Part shown: positions 7,645-15,050 of the stretch, piece after piece
Layout of the letters: every line of letters begins with the position of its first letter
Position numbering within the stretch: position 1 is the stretch's first letter
IMG/VR virus record: IMGVR_UViG_3300033076_000850
Coordinates: 1-35,329 of that record
From: a virus
Taxonomy: Duplodnaviria; Caudoviricetes
Strand: one strand, 5' to 3'
DNA: 35,329 nt
The notes under the pieces: generated by a model
Database searches by the model: none
What the model was told of the DNA's origin: nothing
Seen by the model: only the letters and a program-made list of their open reading frames with translations
Position numbers and translations under genes: made by a program

Positions 7645-7785
7645 TGGTTGCTGCGGGCTAGACCACTCGCTTCCCACCCCGGCTTGCGGCGCCCGCCCGT
7701 GGTCAGACGATCCCGCGCGAAGCGCGACACCTCCCACAAGCAAGCCCCGCTCACGGGCCATAGCCTTGTCCGTCTGCCGCAGCAA
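7645..7785 (-). ncRNA. Putative structured ncRNA with 3' CCA, copy 1
   Basis: TTGCTGCGG/CCGCAGCAA closing stem then CCA; the 5' and 3' 39-nt blocks each match copy 2 at 38/39; intergenic. Confidence 0.7.
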
Positions 7786-7787
7786 TT

Positions 7788-7828
7788 CTAAACACGCCCG
7801 CTAAGGGGAGTTAGCGACAAAACGTTAG
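7788..7828. promoter_or_regulatory. GCTAA-N6-TTAGC element, copy 4 (core 7800-7815), upstream of ncRNA copy 1
   Basis: CTAA..GCTAA GGGGAG TTAGC..GTTAG. Confidence 0.7.
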
Positions 7829-7853
7829 TGCTGGCGAGCCGCCGTACAAAGGC

Positions 7854-8057
7854 TCATGGCTCCTCGCAACTGATGCGGTTGGCCTTAAAGTCGATCACCA
7901 GCTTGAAGCCAGCCTTTAAGCACGCGTTGGCGTCCTTGGGGATCGGGCCGGTCACGGAAGGCGGGTAGCCCTCCGTCACCCGCGTGAATGCGATGCCTCC
8001 AATCGCGCCCGCGAAACCCCAGACCAAGGCGAGCGCGAAGATCGTCTTGCCGCTCAT
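7854..8057 (-). CDS. Small membrane or secreted protein
   Basis: N-terminal hydrophobic helix; two Cys; coupled start. Confidence 0.65.
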   Translation of the reverse strand: MSGKTIFALALVWGFAGAIGGIAFTRVTEGYPPSVTGPIPKDANACLKAGFKLVIDFKANRISCEEP

Positions 8058-8422
8058 GACGCGTCGACCTCCCCGTCATAGCGATCGAACCGCCAGCTCT
8101 CGACTACGAATTCGACCCACTGGCCGGACGCCAGACACATTACGACCATGTCGGACTCGGAATACGTGTCGTCGCTCTTGTCGGGAAAATTGGCTCCAAC
8201 GTTCGTGACAATAGCGACCTCGGTTTCGGGCTCCGGATAGCGGTAGCGCGCGACGTTCCGGCGCTGCATGACCAGATCCCCAGGCTTGAACGGATTGAAG
8301 CGGAGCCGCTCCTCGCGAATGTCCAGAAGGTTGCGCGCTTGAATCGAGAGCGGCTGTTTGGAACTGCTTTCTTCGCCTTTCAAACGCGCCACCATGTGTC
8401 GAATGATGTCTTCCTGCTGCAT
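8054..8422 (-). CDS. Hypothetical protein (possible SH3/KOW-like beta fold)
   Basis: CAGGAGAG SD; FKPGDLV motif. Confidence 0.7.
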   Translation of the reverse strand: MQQEDIIRHMVARLKGEESSSKQPLSIQARNLLDIREERLRFNPFKPGDLVMQRRNVARYRYPEPETEVAIVTNVGANFPDKSDDTYSESDMVVMCLASGQWVEFVVESWRFDRYDGEVDAS

Positions 8423-8476
8423 CGTTCTCTCCTGCAAAATGAAGGTGGGCGCCTGTTGCCCACCTTCTGTCAACGG

Positions 8477-8896
8477 TTAGGCCTGCGCTGCCTTTCGGGC
8501 TTCCATTTCAGCCTTGCTCGGGCGCCCACGTTTCTTGCCAGCTTTCTCCGGCTTCACCGCTTTAGCCTTCTTCGGCTGAACCGCAGACTTGGGTGCTGAC
8601 CGCGGCGGCAGGCCCGTCGAAAACTCGACATCATCCTTCATCGCGTGAACTGACTCGTCGTCGTGGCCGTTGACTGCGCGCTCGACACCGGCACGGTTCA
8701 CCCACTCGTGCACCTGCTCCTTCGAGACCGTCAGGACGCCTACGACGCCGCCATCGAGCGTCTTGGCAATCATTTCAACCAAGCGATGTCGGAACACAGG
8801 CGTAATGACCGAGCCCGCGGCACGTGCCTCGACCTCCAAGATCTGCACCAACATTTCAGCTTTCGTCAGGCCTTCGGTCGGCTTCCAAGTGCTCAT
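8477..8896 (-). CDS. Hypothetical protein with basic AT-hook-like tail
   Basis: KKRGRPSK near the C terminus; AAGGA SD. Confidence 0.7.
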   Translation of the reverse strand: MSTWKPTEGLTKAEMLVQILEVEARAAGSVITPVFRHRLVEMIAKTLDGGVVGVLTVSKEQVHEWVNRAGVERAVNGHDDESVHAMKDDVEFSTGLPPRSAPKSAVQPKKAKAVKPEKAGKKRGRPSKAEMEARKAAQA

Positions 8897-8918
8897 CTGT
8901 TTTCCTTCGTTCCTTCGG

Positions 8919-9755
8919 TTAGTAAAACAACGCAGTAATGACGTGCGGGACCATCAGCGCCGCAACGAACGCGGCCACGATGTCCAGCGTGCGTTCGCAC
9001 AAGTCGCCAAACGCCGGGTTGGTCGCGCGCTGCGCGATCATCCCGTCCGCGTCGATGTAGAATTCGTGGCCGGCGGGTCGTTTGAGGGGGCGCTGGATTT
9101 CCAAGATCCGCCGGATCTTTCCGAACTCTGCTCGATATCCAAGATCGTGCTCTACAACTTCACCCCAAAGTTCGACCTCTCCGACGACGACGGTCGTGTA
9201 GAGATTGGGTGTCCCAATGTATGCGCGAGCCTGCTCAAGCGTCTTCCAAGCATGGACGCCGGCCAGTCCGTAGTCGGAAACGGATTGTCCCCCCAACTGG
9301 CATGCGCTCATCTCTCCGTTCAACCAAAGGGCATCCGTATGCATGGCCTCGTACAAAACTTGACCATTGATCAGACGGACTATCCAGGCGCGATACGCTA
9401 TGATCTCGCCAGCGCGGATTTCCCGCGCAAGCGGGGGGCGGTCTAACGGGTCTGAGTAATGCTGCAATCCGACTTTTGATTGCAGCATTAGTTGTTGGTA
9501 AGCAAATTGTGCGCGCTGCAGTTGAACCAGTTGATGGTTGACTGCCTGCGCGTTCAGCCAATGCTGTTGGACAGGGTTGATGCCGTAGGTGTTGCCGAGA
9601 TTGGCTGAGAGGCCTGCGCTGGTTGGCACTGCGTGCCACGTACCGGCTCCTGCGTACCCTCCGGCAGCGAGTGTTTGGTGGGCACCACGGTGATGCGCTT
9701 GAGCGCGCGACCGATCATCATAAATTGCTCTCCTGATCTTGCGGAACCTGCTCAT
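8919..9755 (-). CDS. Hypothetical protein
   Basis: Long ORF; IIAYRAW..GVHAWK..VVGEVELWGEVVEHDLGYRAE segment; hydrophobic C terminus. Confidence 0.75.
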   Translation of the reverse strand: MSRFRKIRRAIYDDRSRAQAHHRGAHQTLAAGGYAGAGTWHAVPTSAGLSANLGNTYGINPVQQHWLNAQAVNHQLVQLQRAQFAYQQLMLQSKVGLQHYSDPLDRPPLAREIRAGEIIAYRAWIVRLINGQVLYEAMHTDALWLNGEMSACQLGGQSVSDYGLAGVHAWKTLEQARAYIGTPNLYTTVVVGEVELWGEVVEHDLGYRAEFGKIRRILEIQRPLKRPAGHEFYIDADGMIAQRATNPAFGDLCERTLDIVAAFVAALMVPHVITALFY

Positions 9756-10063
9756 TTGAACCACCCTTCGACGACGTCCGCGATTTCGGCGAAGGTGTGC
9801 TTGTGATATCCGCGCGCGCCGTCGTTCCGGCGATATACGTCGCGCTCCTGATCCAACGTCAGGCCCGCAAGCTGGGCCACGTCACCCCAATGACGGCGCC
9901 TGCCAGCCTCGTCCGGCGGGCAAATCTCAGAAAGCAACTGCAACGCGCAGACTTGCTTGTCGTCTGTGTGCTCCATCCATACGCACTGCCGGTGGCCCTG
10001 GCGGCGCAGCTCGGTGAGCCACGCCAGCCGCACGAGTTCGACTTTGTCGAGTGTCTTGGTCAT
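9752..10063 (-). CDS. Hypothetical protein (C..RND..TFAEIAD motif)
   Basis: CAGGAG SD; coupled stop. Confidence 0.7.
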   Translation of the reverse strand: MTKTLDKVELVRLAWLTELRRQGHRQCVWMEHTDDKQVCALQLLSEICPPDEAGRRRHWGDVAQLAGLTLDQERDVYRRNDGARGYHKHTFAEIADVVEGWFK

Positions 10064-10080
10064 TGCCCTGCTCCTGCTTT

Positions 10081-10121
10081 CTAAGTTTTTGCCGCTAACA
10101 GTCATTAGCGTGCGTGGTTAG
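10081..10121. promoter_or_regulatory. GCTAA-N6-TTAGC element, copy 5 (core 10094-10109)
   Basis: CTAA..GCTAA CAGTCA TTAGC..GTTAG. Confidence 0.7.
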
Positions 10122-10442
10122 TCAGTTCGGCTCAGTGCCGAAGATTTTTAGGGCTGCCTCACGGTGCGCCAACCACGCGCGCCGATCCCTGGCGTCCTGC
10201 TCCCAGCCGTTGCGCAGAACCATTGTGTTGGCAGCATCGCGCCACAGCATGGCGCCGTCCTTCGTGACCTGTACGAGGGTCCGGCCGCTGCATCCAATGT
10301 CGTACGTATCGTCGGCAGCCAGCAAAAGCTCGAAATTCATTTCGTCGGTGAACGTCTTCACGGGCATCAGGCTGCCAGCGCGCACGATAGCAGGCGCAGC
10401 AAGAAACCCGGCAACTCCCATTAGAAACCCGCGGCGGTTCAT
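10122..10442 (-). CDS. Protein with twin-arginine-like N terminus
   Basis: MNRRGFLMGVAGFLAAPAIVRA. Confidence 0.7.
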   Translation of the reverse strand: MNRRGFLMGVAGFLAAPAIVRAGSLMPVKTFTDEMNFELLLAADDTYDIGCSGRTLVQVTKDGAMLWRDAANTMVLRNGWEQDARDRRAWLAHREAALKIFGTEPN

Positions 10443-10705
10443 TCCTCGCCCCTCATCTCAAAACAATCGACGCCAGTCTGATGTTCGAAAGTCAGCAACC
10501 CAAACCGAGGGGCGCCGCGCTTAGCGCATACCCCATAGTCTGCGCCAATCCCGCCATCCAACGGGATGAAGTGCACGCACCCGCAGGAGCAATCCGGGTA
10601 GTCCCGGCCGTCCGCCCAACGCTCGACGCTGCCGCCGTAGTCCGTGTAGTCGGTCGGCAGTATGCGCAGCGCCTCAAAAAGGAGGTCGGCAAGATTTGGC
10701 GTCAT
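10439..10705 (-). CDS. Cys-rich hypothetical protein
   Basis: DCSCGCVHF..DYGVC..G.LTFEH..C; CAGGAG SD. Confidence 0.75.
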   Translation of the reverse strand: MTPNLADLLFEALRILPTDYTDYGGSVERWADGRDYPDCSCGCVHFIPLDGGIGADYGVCAKRGAPRFGLLTFEHQTGVDCFEMRGEE

Positions 10706-10729
10706 GTAAGGTCTCCTGCCGATCCAGAA

Positions 10730-10972
10730 TTAATCTGCCGGCCAAAGACAAATCGCGACCGGCCCCTTGCCGACGTCCTCTTCCGTGTAGCCCGCGGCGC
10801 GCGCCTCGTCCGTCAGTTCGCCAAGCAAGAAGCTTTCGTCCTCGCTTTCCCAGCGCCCCGTTCCGATGTCGTCGATAAGTTGGAAGCCGTTGCCCTCAGA
10901 GTCTCGCGCAAGGATCACCAGCGCCTCTTGCGGCAAATCTTTCAGGGCGTCGATCAGTTCTGCGACGGTCAT
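10730..10972 (-). CDS. Acidic hypothetical phage protein (MTVAELIDALKDLP..D.EGN)
   Basis: AGGAG SD; N-terminal pattern common in small phage proteins. Confidence 0.75.
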   Translation of the reverse strand: MTVAELIDALKDLPQEALVILARDSEGNGFQLIDDIGTGRWESEDESFLLGELTDEARAAGYTEEDVGKGPVAICLWPAD

Positions 10973-10981
10973 GTCCTGCTC

Positions 10982-11218
10982 CTACTTTGGTGGCCATCGC
11001 CACTTCGGGTGCGCTAGTTGCATCAGCTTCCGCATGGCGCCTGAAAACTGCGGCGCGCTCGCACCCTGCTCCCAGTTCTCAATCGATCTCGTCGAGACGC
11101 CCAGGTAATCGGCCGCCTCCTTTTGCGTGTAGCCCACGAAGCTCCGCCACGCCCTGATCTCGTCAGGAGTGACGGTCTCAACCTGCATTGCCTTGGGTCT
11201 AAGGCGCTTTTTCTTCAT
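10982..11218 (-). CDS. XRE-family HTH regulator
   Basis: TPDEIRAWR..GYTQKEAADYLGVSTRSIENWEQG. Confidence 0.85.
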   Translation of the reverse strand: MKKKRLRPKAMQVETVTPDEIRAWRSFVGYTQKEAADYLGVSTRSIENWEQGASAPQFSGAMRKLMQLAHPKWRWPPK

Positions 11219-11327
11219 GAGGCATAGTTGTGCATCCCCGTCGTGGGGCGTCAAGTTGCTTGATATACTTATGAGATCTTATTTAGCGCATCCCTTGCCT
11301 GGGGACAAGGGGATGGAGTCGTTGTTA

Positions 11328-11368
11328 CTAACAGCGCTCGCTAAGGATAATTAGCACGCACACGATAA
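11328..11368. promoter_or_regulatory. GCTAA-N6-TTAGC element, copy 6 (core 11340-11355), at the strand divergence
   Basis: CTAA..GCTAA GGATAA TTAGC..GATAA. Confidence 0.65.
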
Positions 11369-11624
11369 CGATACCCCAAAACAGCCTTTATCGTTGTAGA
11401 TCAACGGCATAAAATTTAGCCGCTAGCGCCTTATATTTTCGCCACGCTAGCAGCCACGGCGCGTTCGCACGCAGCCGATCTCGCAGTTTCCCACAGAAAT
11501 GACCCACCAAACGTTAGGCCGCCTCGTCGCAGCGCTAGCGCAGGAAACCCCTATAAACATTGCATCTGCGACGACGACATGCAACTAACTCATTCTTTTT
11601 ATTAGATTTTCCGCGTTTTCCTTG

Positions 11625-11653
11625 TTGCCAAAAGCAAAATCTTCGCGTAGGAT
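11625..11653 (+). promoter_or_regulatory. Sigma70-like rightward promoter
   Basis: TTGCCA-N17-TAGGAT with an AT-rich upstream region. Confidence 0.55.
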
Positions 11654-11690
11654 GTTCCTATCATCCAGTTGCTCCCTCTCTCCAAGTGCT

Positions 11691-11723
11691 GAAGGCCACC
11701 TCGCCCGGGTGGCCTTCTTTTTT
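11691..11723 (+). terminator. Rho-independent terminator
   Basis: GAAGGCCACC / GGTGGCCTTC 10-bp stem followed by T6. Confidence 0.85.
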
Positions 11724-11729
11724 GGAGGC

Positions 11730-12011
11730 ATGCCTTCAGCCGCCGAGATCAGAACCCGCACACAAACCGCGCCTGCGAACCCAGGCCACTTGGCGGACGC
11801 CACGATCTCGGCGGCTGAAACCATGGGGGCAACGCAACCATCGAGGAGCCACCGCATGCCATTGGGTCTGATCTGGCGACAGCAGTTGTCTAAAGGGATG
11901 CGCCTCGAAGACATCGCTGCTAAATGGCCAGACATGACCGTGGATGAAATCGCGCGCATCGTTGAGGTTGCAACGCGCCGCTCGCGCCAACCACCAAATC
12001 ACGGTAGATGA
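11730..12011 (+). CDS. Hypothetical protein, HTH-like C terminus (alternative start 11856)
   Basis: GGAGG before ATG 11730 and GAGGAG before in-frame ATG 11856; GMRLEDIAAKWPDMTVDEI. Confidence 0.55.
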   Translation: MPSAAEIRTRTQTAPANPGHLADATISAAETMGATQPSRSHRMPLGLIWRQQLSKGMRLEDIAAKWPDMTVDEIARIVEVATRRSRQPPNHGR

Positions 12012-12045
12012 TCGGTAAGTGCGGGCGTTCAAAAATGGGCGCCAG

Positions 12046-12333
12046 ATGGCTGCACAACTCGACGCCGACATGGAGCGCGACATCGACGGCGTACTCTCGG
12101 CGGCGCATGACATGCTGGAAAGCGTGCGCTGGTTTTGGGAGACCCGAGGAGAAATCCCTCACCACATGCTTGTAGGTGTCGAGGCCATGCAGGACGACAT
12201 GATCCGTCTGCTGGCTCTCTTCGAGGATGGTGCCTACTACGGTTTAGCGCCACCCAACGTCACGCATAAGATGCGGACTTATGAGCAAGACGCATCCGAA
12301 ATTCTTGAGTTTCACGGGAAGCTGGTTTCCTAA
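12046..12333 (+). CDS. Hypothetical protein
   Basis: ORF track; ends 2 nt before terS. Confidence 0.6.
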   Translation: MAAQLDADMERDIDGVLSAAHDMLESVRWFWETRGEIPHHMLVGVEAMQDDMIRLLALFEDGAYYGLAPPNVTHKMRTYEQDASEILEFHGKLVS

Positions 12334-12335
12334 AC

Positions 12336-12782
12336 ATGCCTGCATTGAAAAACAGCCAACACGAGCGCTTTGTTTTAGAGCTGCTTGCGGGGGCCACTCA
12401 GACCGACGCCTACATCGCTGCCGGCTACAAGGTAAAGAATGCCGGAGCAGCGGCCGCCGCGGCGTCAAGATTGTTAAAGCAACCCGAAATTTCGGAGCGG
12501 CTGGAGGAATTAAAGAAGTCTGCGGAAAAGGCCGCAATTGACGACACAAGCCTCACGTTGGCAGAGCATATGACCATGTTAAGGGTGTTAAGGGACGAGG
12601 CTCGCGCGGAAGGCAAGCTTCAGGCGGCGATTGCTGCGGAAGTGAAGCGCGGCGAGCTTCGGCGCTTCTACATCAAGCAGATTGAAACCGGCGCCCCAGG
12701 CGATTTCTCAGAGCTATCGGACGAGGAGCTTGAGCAGGAGCTAGAGGCGGCTTGGAAAGCAAGAGAGCAAGCGAGGCATTAA
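12336..12782 (+). CDS. terS: Terminase small subunit
   Basis: MPALKN.QHERFV..TQTDAYIAAGY..ASRLLK.PEI.ERL.EL N-terminal signature; C-terminal LSDEEL. Confidence 0.85.
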   Translation: MPALKNSQHERFVLELLAGATQTDAYIAAGYKVKNAGAAAAAASRLLKQPEISERLEELKKSAEKAAIDDTSLTLAEHMTMLRVLRDEARAEGKLQAAIAAEVKRGELRRFYIKQIETGAPGDFSELSDEELEQELEAAWKAREQARH

Positions 12783-13411
12783 TGGACATCTACGACATCA
12801 GGCGCTGGGCAATTGAGCAGACGCGCGAAACGTATGCCATGGGAGATCTCAAGACGTGGTCAAGAAATGCTGAATGCATGGCGCGCTATGTAATGCGCGG
12901 CCTTGAGGAGGAGCCGCCCGTTGCAAGTGGTCCGTCCGTTATCTATCCCATGCGGGTGTCGTCTCTTGCGGAAGCACGCCGTGCTGTGTCGGATGCTCAT
13001 GCTGGTCAAATTGTGGCAGAGCGTCTTTTGACAGTAGATGACCTAAAAAAATGGATAGATCAGGCGCACCCAGACCAGCGCGAAATCAAGTTCGATAAAA
13101 TGAATCTTGTCATGTCGATGCGCGAGATTGGTTTCGCAGTTCGACACAAACCCGACGACGTAGACGCGGCCACTGATGCCTTGCTTCGTCACGCGCAGTC
13201 TTGGTTAGATGGTTTCTTTCTGGCTGCCCACGGTCGCGTTGTCTATTGGCGAACGCCTCTTGAAGTTGACGTCATCCAACACAACCGCGTCGTCGAATAC
13301 AAAGACGATGGGCCGGACTATGATCCTTTGACTGACAGAAAATGCGTCATGGACCGCTCTATGAACGCCGTTAAATGCTACATGCGCGTGGGCGTAGGGA
13401 GGGCATCATGA
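12782..13411 (+). CDS. Hypothetical protein
   Basis: ATG overlaps the terS TAA; 209 codons. Confidence 0.7.
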   Translation: MDIYDIRRWAIEQTRETYAMGDLKTWSRNAECMARYVMRGLEEEPPVASGPSVIYPMRVSSLAEARRAVSDAHAGQIVAERLLTVDDLKKWIDQAHPDQREIKFDKMNLVMSMREIGFAVRHKPDDVDAATDALLRHAQSWLDGFFLAAHGRVVYWRTPLEVDVIQHNRVVEYKDDGPDYDPLTDRKCVMDRSMNAVKCYMRVGVGRAS

Positions 13412-13599
13412 CCCAGATCTCAACCCAGATGGCGACGGCAATTGCCAGCGCTTGGCTTAACGAGGTGCCGTTACACACCATCTCGGAGACGGCCAAGTTG
13501 GACTACGTCACGGTAATGGATTTGGTGCGCGGAATGCGTCTTCCAGACAGACACCCGACAACGCGCAAAGTCTACGAGGGTCGCAGCTTTGTAGATTAG
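13408..13599 (+). CDS. Small HTH-like hypothetical protein
   Basis: GGAGGG SD; AW..EVPLHTISETAKLDYVTV..LPDR. Confidence 0.6.
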   Translation: MTQISTQMATAIASAWLNEVPLHTISETAKLDYVTVMDLVRGMRLPDRHPTTRKVYEGRSFVD

Positions 13600-13606
13600 G
13601 CGCGCC

Positions 13607-13831
13607 TCATTTGTCGGGTTCGAGGCCAGCGATTTCGCGCGCTGTTCTGGGCAGGTATCCGCCCATGCCTGCAACCCACAAAATTTCGTCTTTGGTCGCT
13701 TCTTCAATCGAGCGAAAAGCGCGCGTGCCGACCTCTCGGATGGCGCGTTGCTCGGCCTCGTTGTATTCGTCGGTGCGATAGTCTTTGATTGCCATTCCGT
13801 AATCGGTGCGGACAGTCCAAAGCGTGGTCAT
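13607..13831 (-). CDS. Hypothetical protein
   Basis: ORF track; preceded by the AGGCCC junction repeat. Confidence 0.7.
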   Translation of the reverse strand: MTTLWTVRTDYGMAIKDYRTDEYNEAEQRAIREVGTRAFRSIEEATKDEILWVAGMGGYLPRTAREIAGLEPDK

Positions 13832-13845
13832 GGTCGGGGCCTTTC

Positions 13846-14091
13846 CTATACGGTCTTGTAATCAAGAGCGCGTTGCAACTTTTGGAGTGCTGCGAGCAGC
13901 ATGGTTTGATCGTTCTCATGAGCGGCGATAACCATCTGTGCCGCCGACAACACGTGCCCGATGCGAGCGCGACCTGCACGGCATCCATGGCACGTGCCGC
14001 ATGACCGCTGGCTGTGCAAAGGGTGGCCGCACGTCGTAATTGGATCAAGTGACCCGTCTCGCTTGCGTCCATTCTCGTCAACGTACGGCAT
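13846..14091 (-). CDS. Cys/His-containing hypothetical protein
   Basis: CGH..CGTCHGC; junction repeat before the ATG. Confidence 0.65.
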   Translation of the reverse strand: MPYVDENGRKRDGSLDPITTCGHPLHSQRSCGTCHGCRAGRARIGHVLSAAQMVIAAHENDQTMLLAALQKLQRALDYKTV

Positions 14092-14102
14092 CGGTCGGGC
14101 CT

Positions 14103-14330
14103 TTATTGTTGCTCGGGAATGGGCATCCATCCCGCAGGTTCTTCTATCGTCGGAGAGTGGTCGCTAAAGCCCTCGCCGTCGATAGTGTAGCCCGGCGCCA
14201 TCGTCATGCGCCGAAAGCTCGAAACAAACGCACCAAATTTCGGATGCCAGAACATCGCAACGGCGTTGTCACCAACTTTGCCCCAAAAGCGAGTGCCGTC
14301 TTTGGGCGCTGTGTCCATGTCCTGCCACAT
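14103..14330 (-). CDS. DUF551-like small phage protein
   Basis: WQDMDTAPKDGT...P.GWMPIPE. Confidence 0.75.
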   Translation of the reverse strand: MWQDMDTAPKDGTRFWGKVGDNAVAMFWHPKFGAFVSSFRRMTMAPGYTIDGEGFSDHSPTIEEPAGWMPIPEQQ

Positions 14331-14344
14331 CGGTCGGGCCTTCC

Positions 14345-14527
14345 TTATCGGTTCTTCGCGCGCATGCGCACGGTGTCGTGCTCCGCCCTATTGCGGAAAT
14401 TCTTTGCCAAGGCTTCGTACGCCTCAATCATCTCCGGCGTGGCTTCGTTCTCAGTCAGCCGGAACGACCAGAACCAGAGGTACGAGGCTAGCAGCCACTT
14501 CAGCTCTTTCCAGACTGACATGCGCAT
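14345..14527 (-). CDS. Hypothetical protein (60 aa)
   Basis: ORF track; junction repeats on both sides. Confidence 0.6.
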   Translation of the reverse strand: MRMSVWKELKWLLASYLWFWSFRLTENEATPEMIEAYEALAKNFRNRAEHDTVRMRAKNR

Positions 14528-14539
14528 GGCGGGCCTTTC

Positions 14540-14674
14540 CTATCGGTTGATGACGACGACAAATCCGGTCGGACCAATCCAGCGGATTGCCCACTTCTCA
14601 GCAGCCTCTGCCGTTTCGAAAACGTCATGCGTTAGGAACCGCTTCATTGCGCTGTCTTTGATGCGGTAAGTCAT
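14540..14674 (-). CDS. Hypothetical protein (44 aa, MTYRIKDSAMKRFLTHDVFETAEAAEKWA...)
   Basis: Translated by hand; ATG overlaps the upstream TGA; tiles exactly. Confidence 0.55.
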   Translation of the reverse strand: MTYRIKDSAMKRFLTHDVFETAEAAEKWAIRWIGPTGFVVVINR

Positions 14675-14832
14675 GTCGGTTCACTCTTGGATTGAATCTC
14701 GTCAAGAATTCGCGAAAGCACTGGCCCTGCCCCTTCCCAGTCTTTGATTGTGCCGGGTAGCACGAGGACACATTTTTTCCCGAGGTAGATGCCAACCCGC
14801 CTTTGATCAACCATGTCTACTTCGTACTTCAT
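14671..14832 (-). CDS. Hypothetical protein (53 aa)
   Basis: MKYEVDM start after GAGGCCCCCGCC. Confidence 0.55.
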   Translation of the reverse strand: MKYEVDMVDQRRVGIYLGKKCVLVLPGTIKDWEGAGPVLSRILDEIQSKSEPT

Positions 14833-14842
14833 GGCGGGGGCC

Positions 14843-15034
14843 TCACTTGTGGATTTCGATCTCGTGGCGCTCTGCCACTTGCAACAGCTTGCGATAGGCG
14901 CGGTCTGCTGCCGTGCCGACGCGGGATGAATACGTGTCGTCGCCCTCGATGTCGCCCAGCCCGAGATGCGCCACGAGCGCCAAGGCACGAAGCTCTGCGC
15001 GGGTCAGGCTGACGGATACGTGCTGGCTTTTCAT
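14843..15034 (-). CDS. Hypothetical protein (63 aa)
   Basis: ORF track; GAGGCCCGAAGG leader. Confidence 0.6.
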   Translation of the reverse strand: MKSQHVSVSLTRAELRALALVAHLGLGDIEGDDTYSSRVGTAADRAYRKLLQVAERHEIEIHK

Positions 15035-15050
15035 CCTTCGGGCCTCTGTT

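Noticed and set aside
7645-7785. tRNA, tmRNA or Y RNA identity for the duplicated RNA
   Set aside because: No TTCRA T loop, anticodon arm, GGGGC tmRNA end or Ro-binding helix is visible.
7494-7804. ORFs over ncRNA copy 1 and 15476..15787 over copy 2, sharing KPGWEASGL.RSNQ
   Set aside because: The shared peptide is a by-product of the nucleotide repeat. The starts lack SDs, overlap real genes and are not conserved between copies.
860-11355. CtrA boxes or a CRISPR array for the GCTAA-N6-TTAGC repeats
   Set aside because: The CtrA consensus is TTAA-N7-TTAA. The copies are 0.8-3.9 kb apart with no repeat-spacer periodicity and no cas genes.
5523-13227. In-window complements of the copy 2 segments (CGTCACCGTA at 5523, TTTCTGGCTGC near 13218)
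   Set aside because: Only 10-11 nt each, far apart and inside ORFs; compatible with chance.
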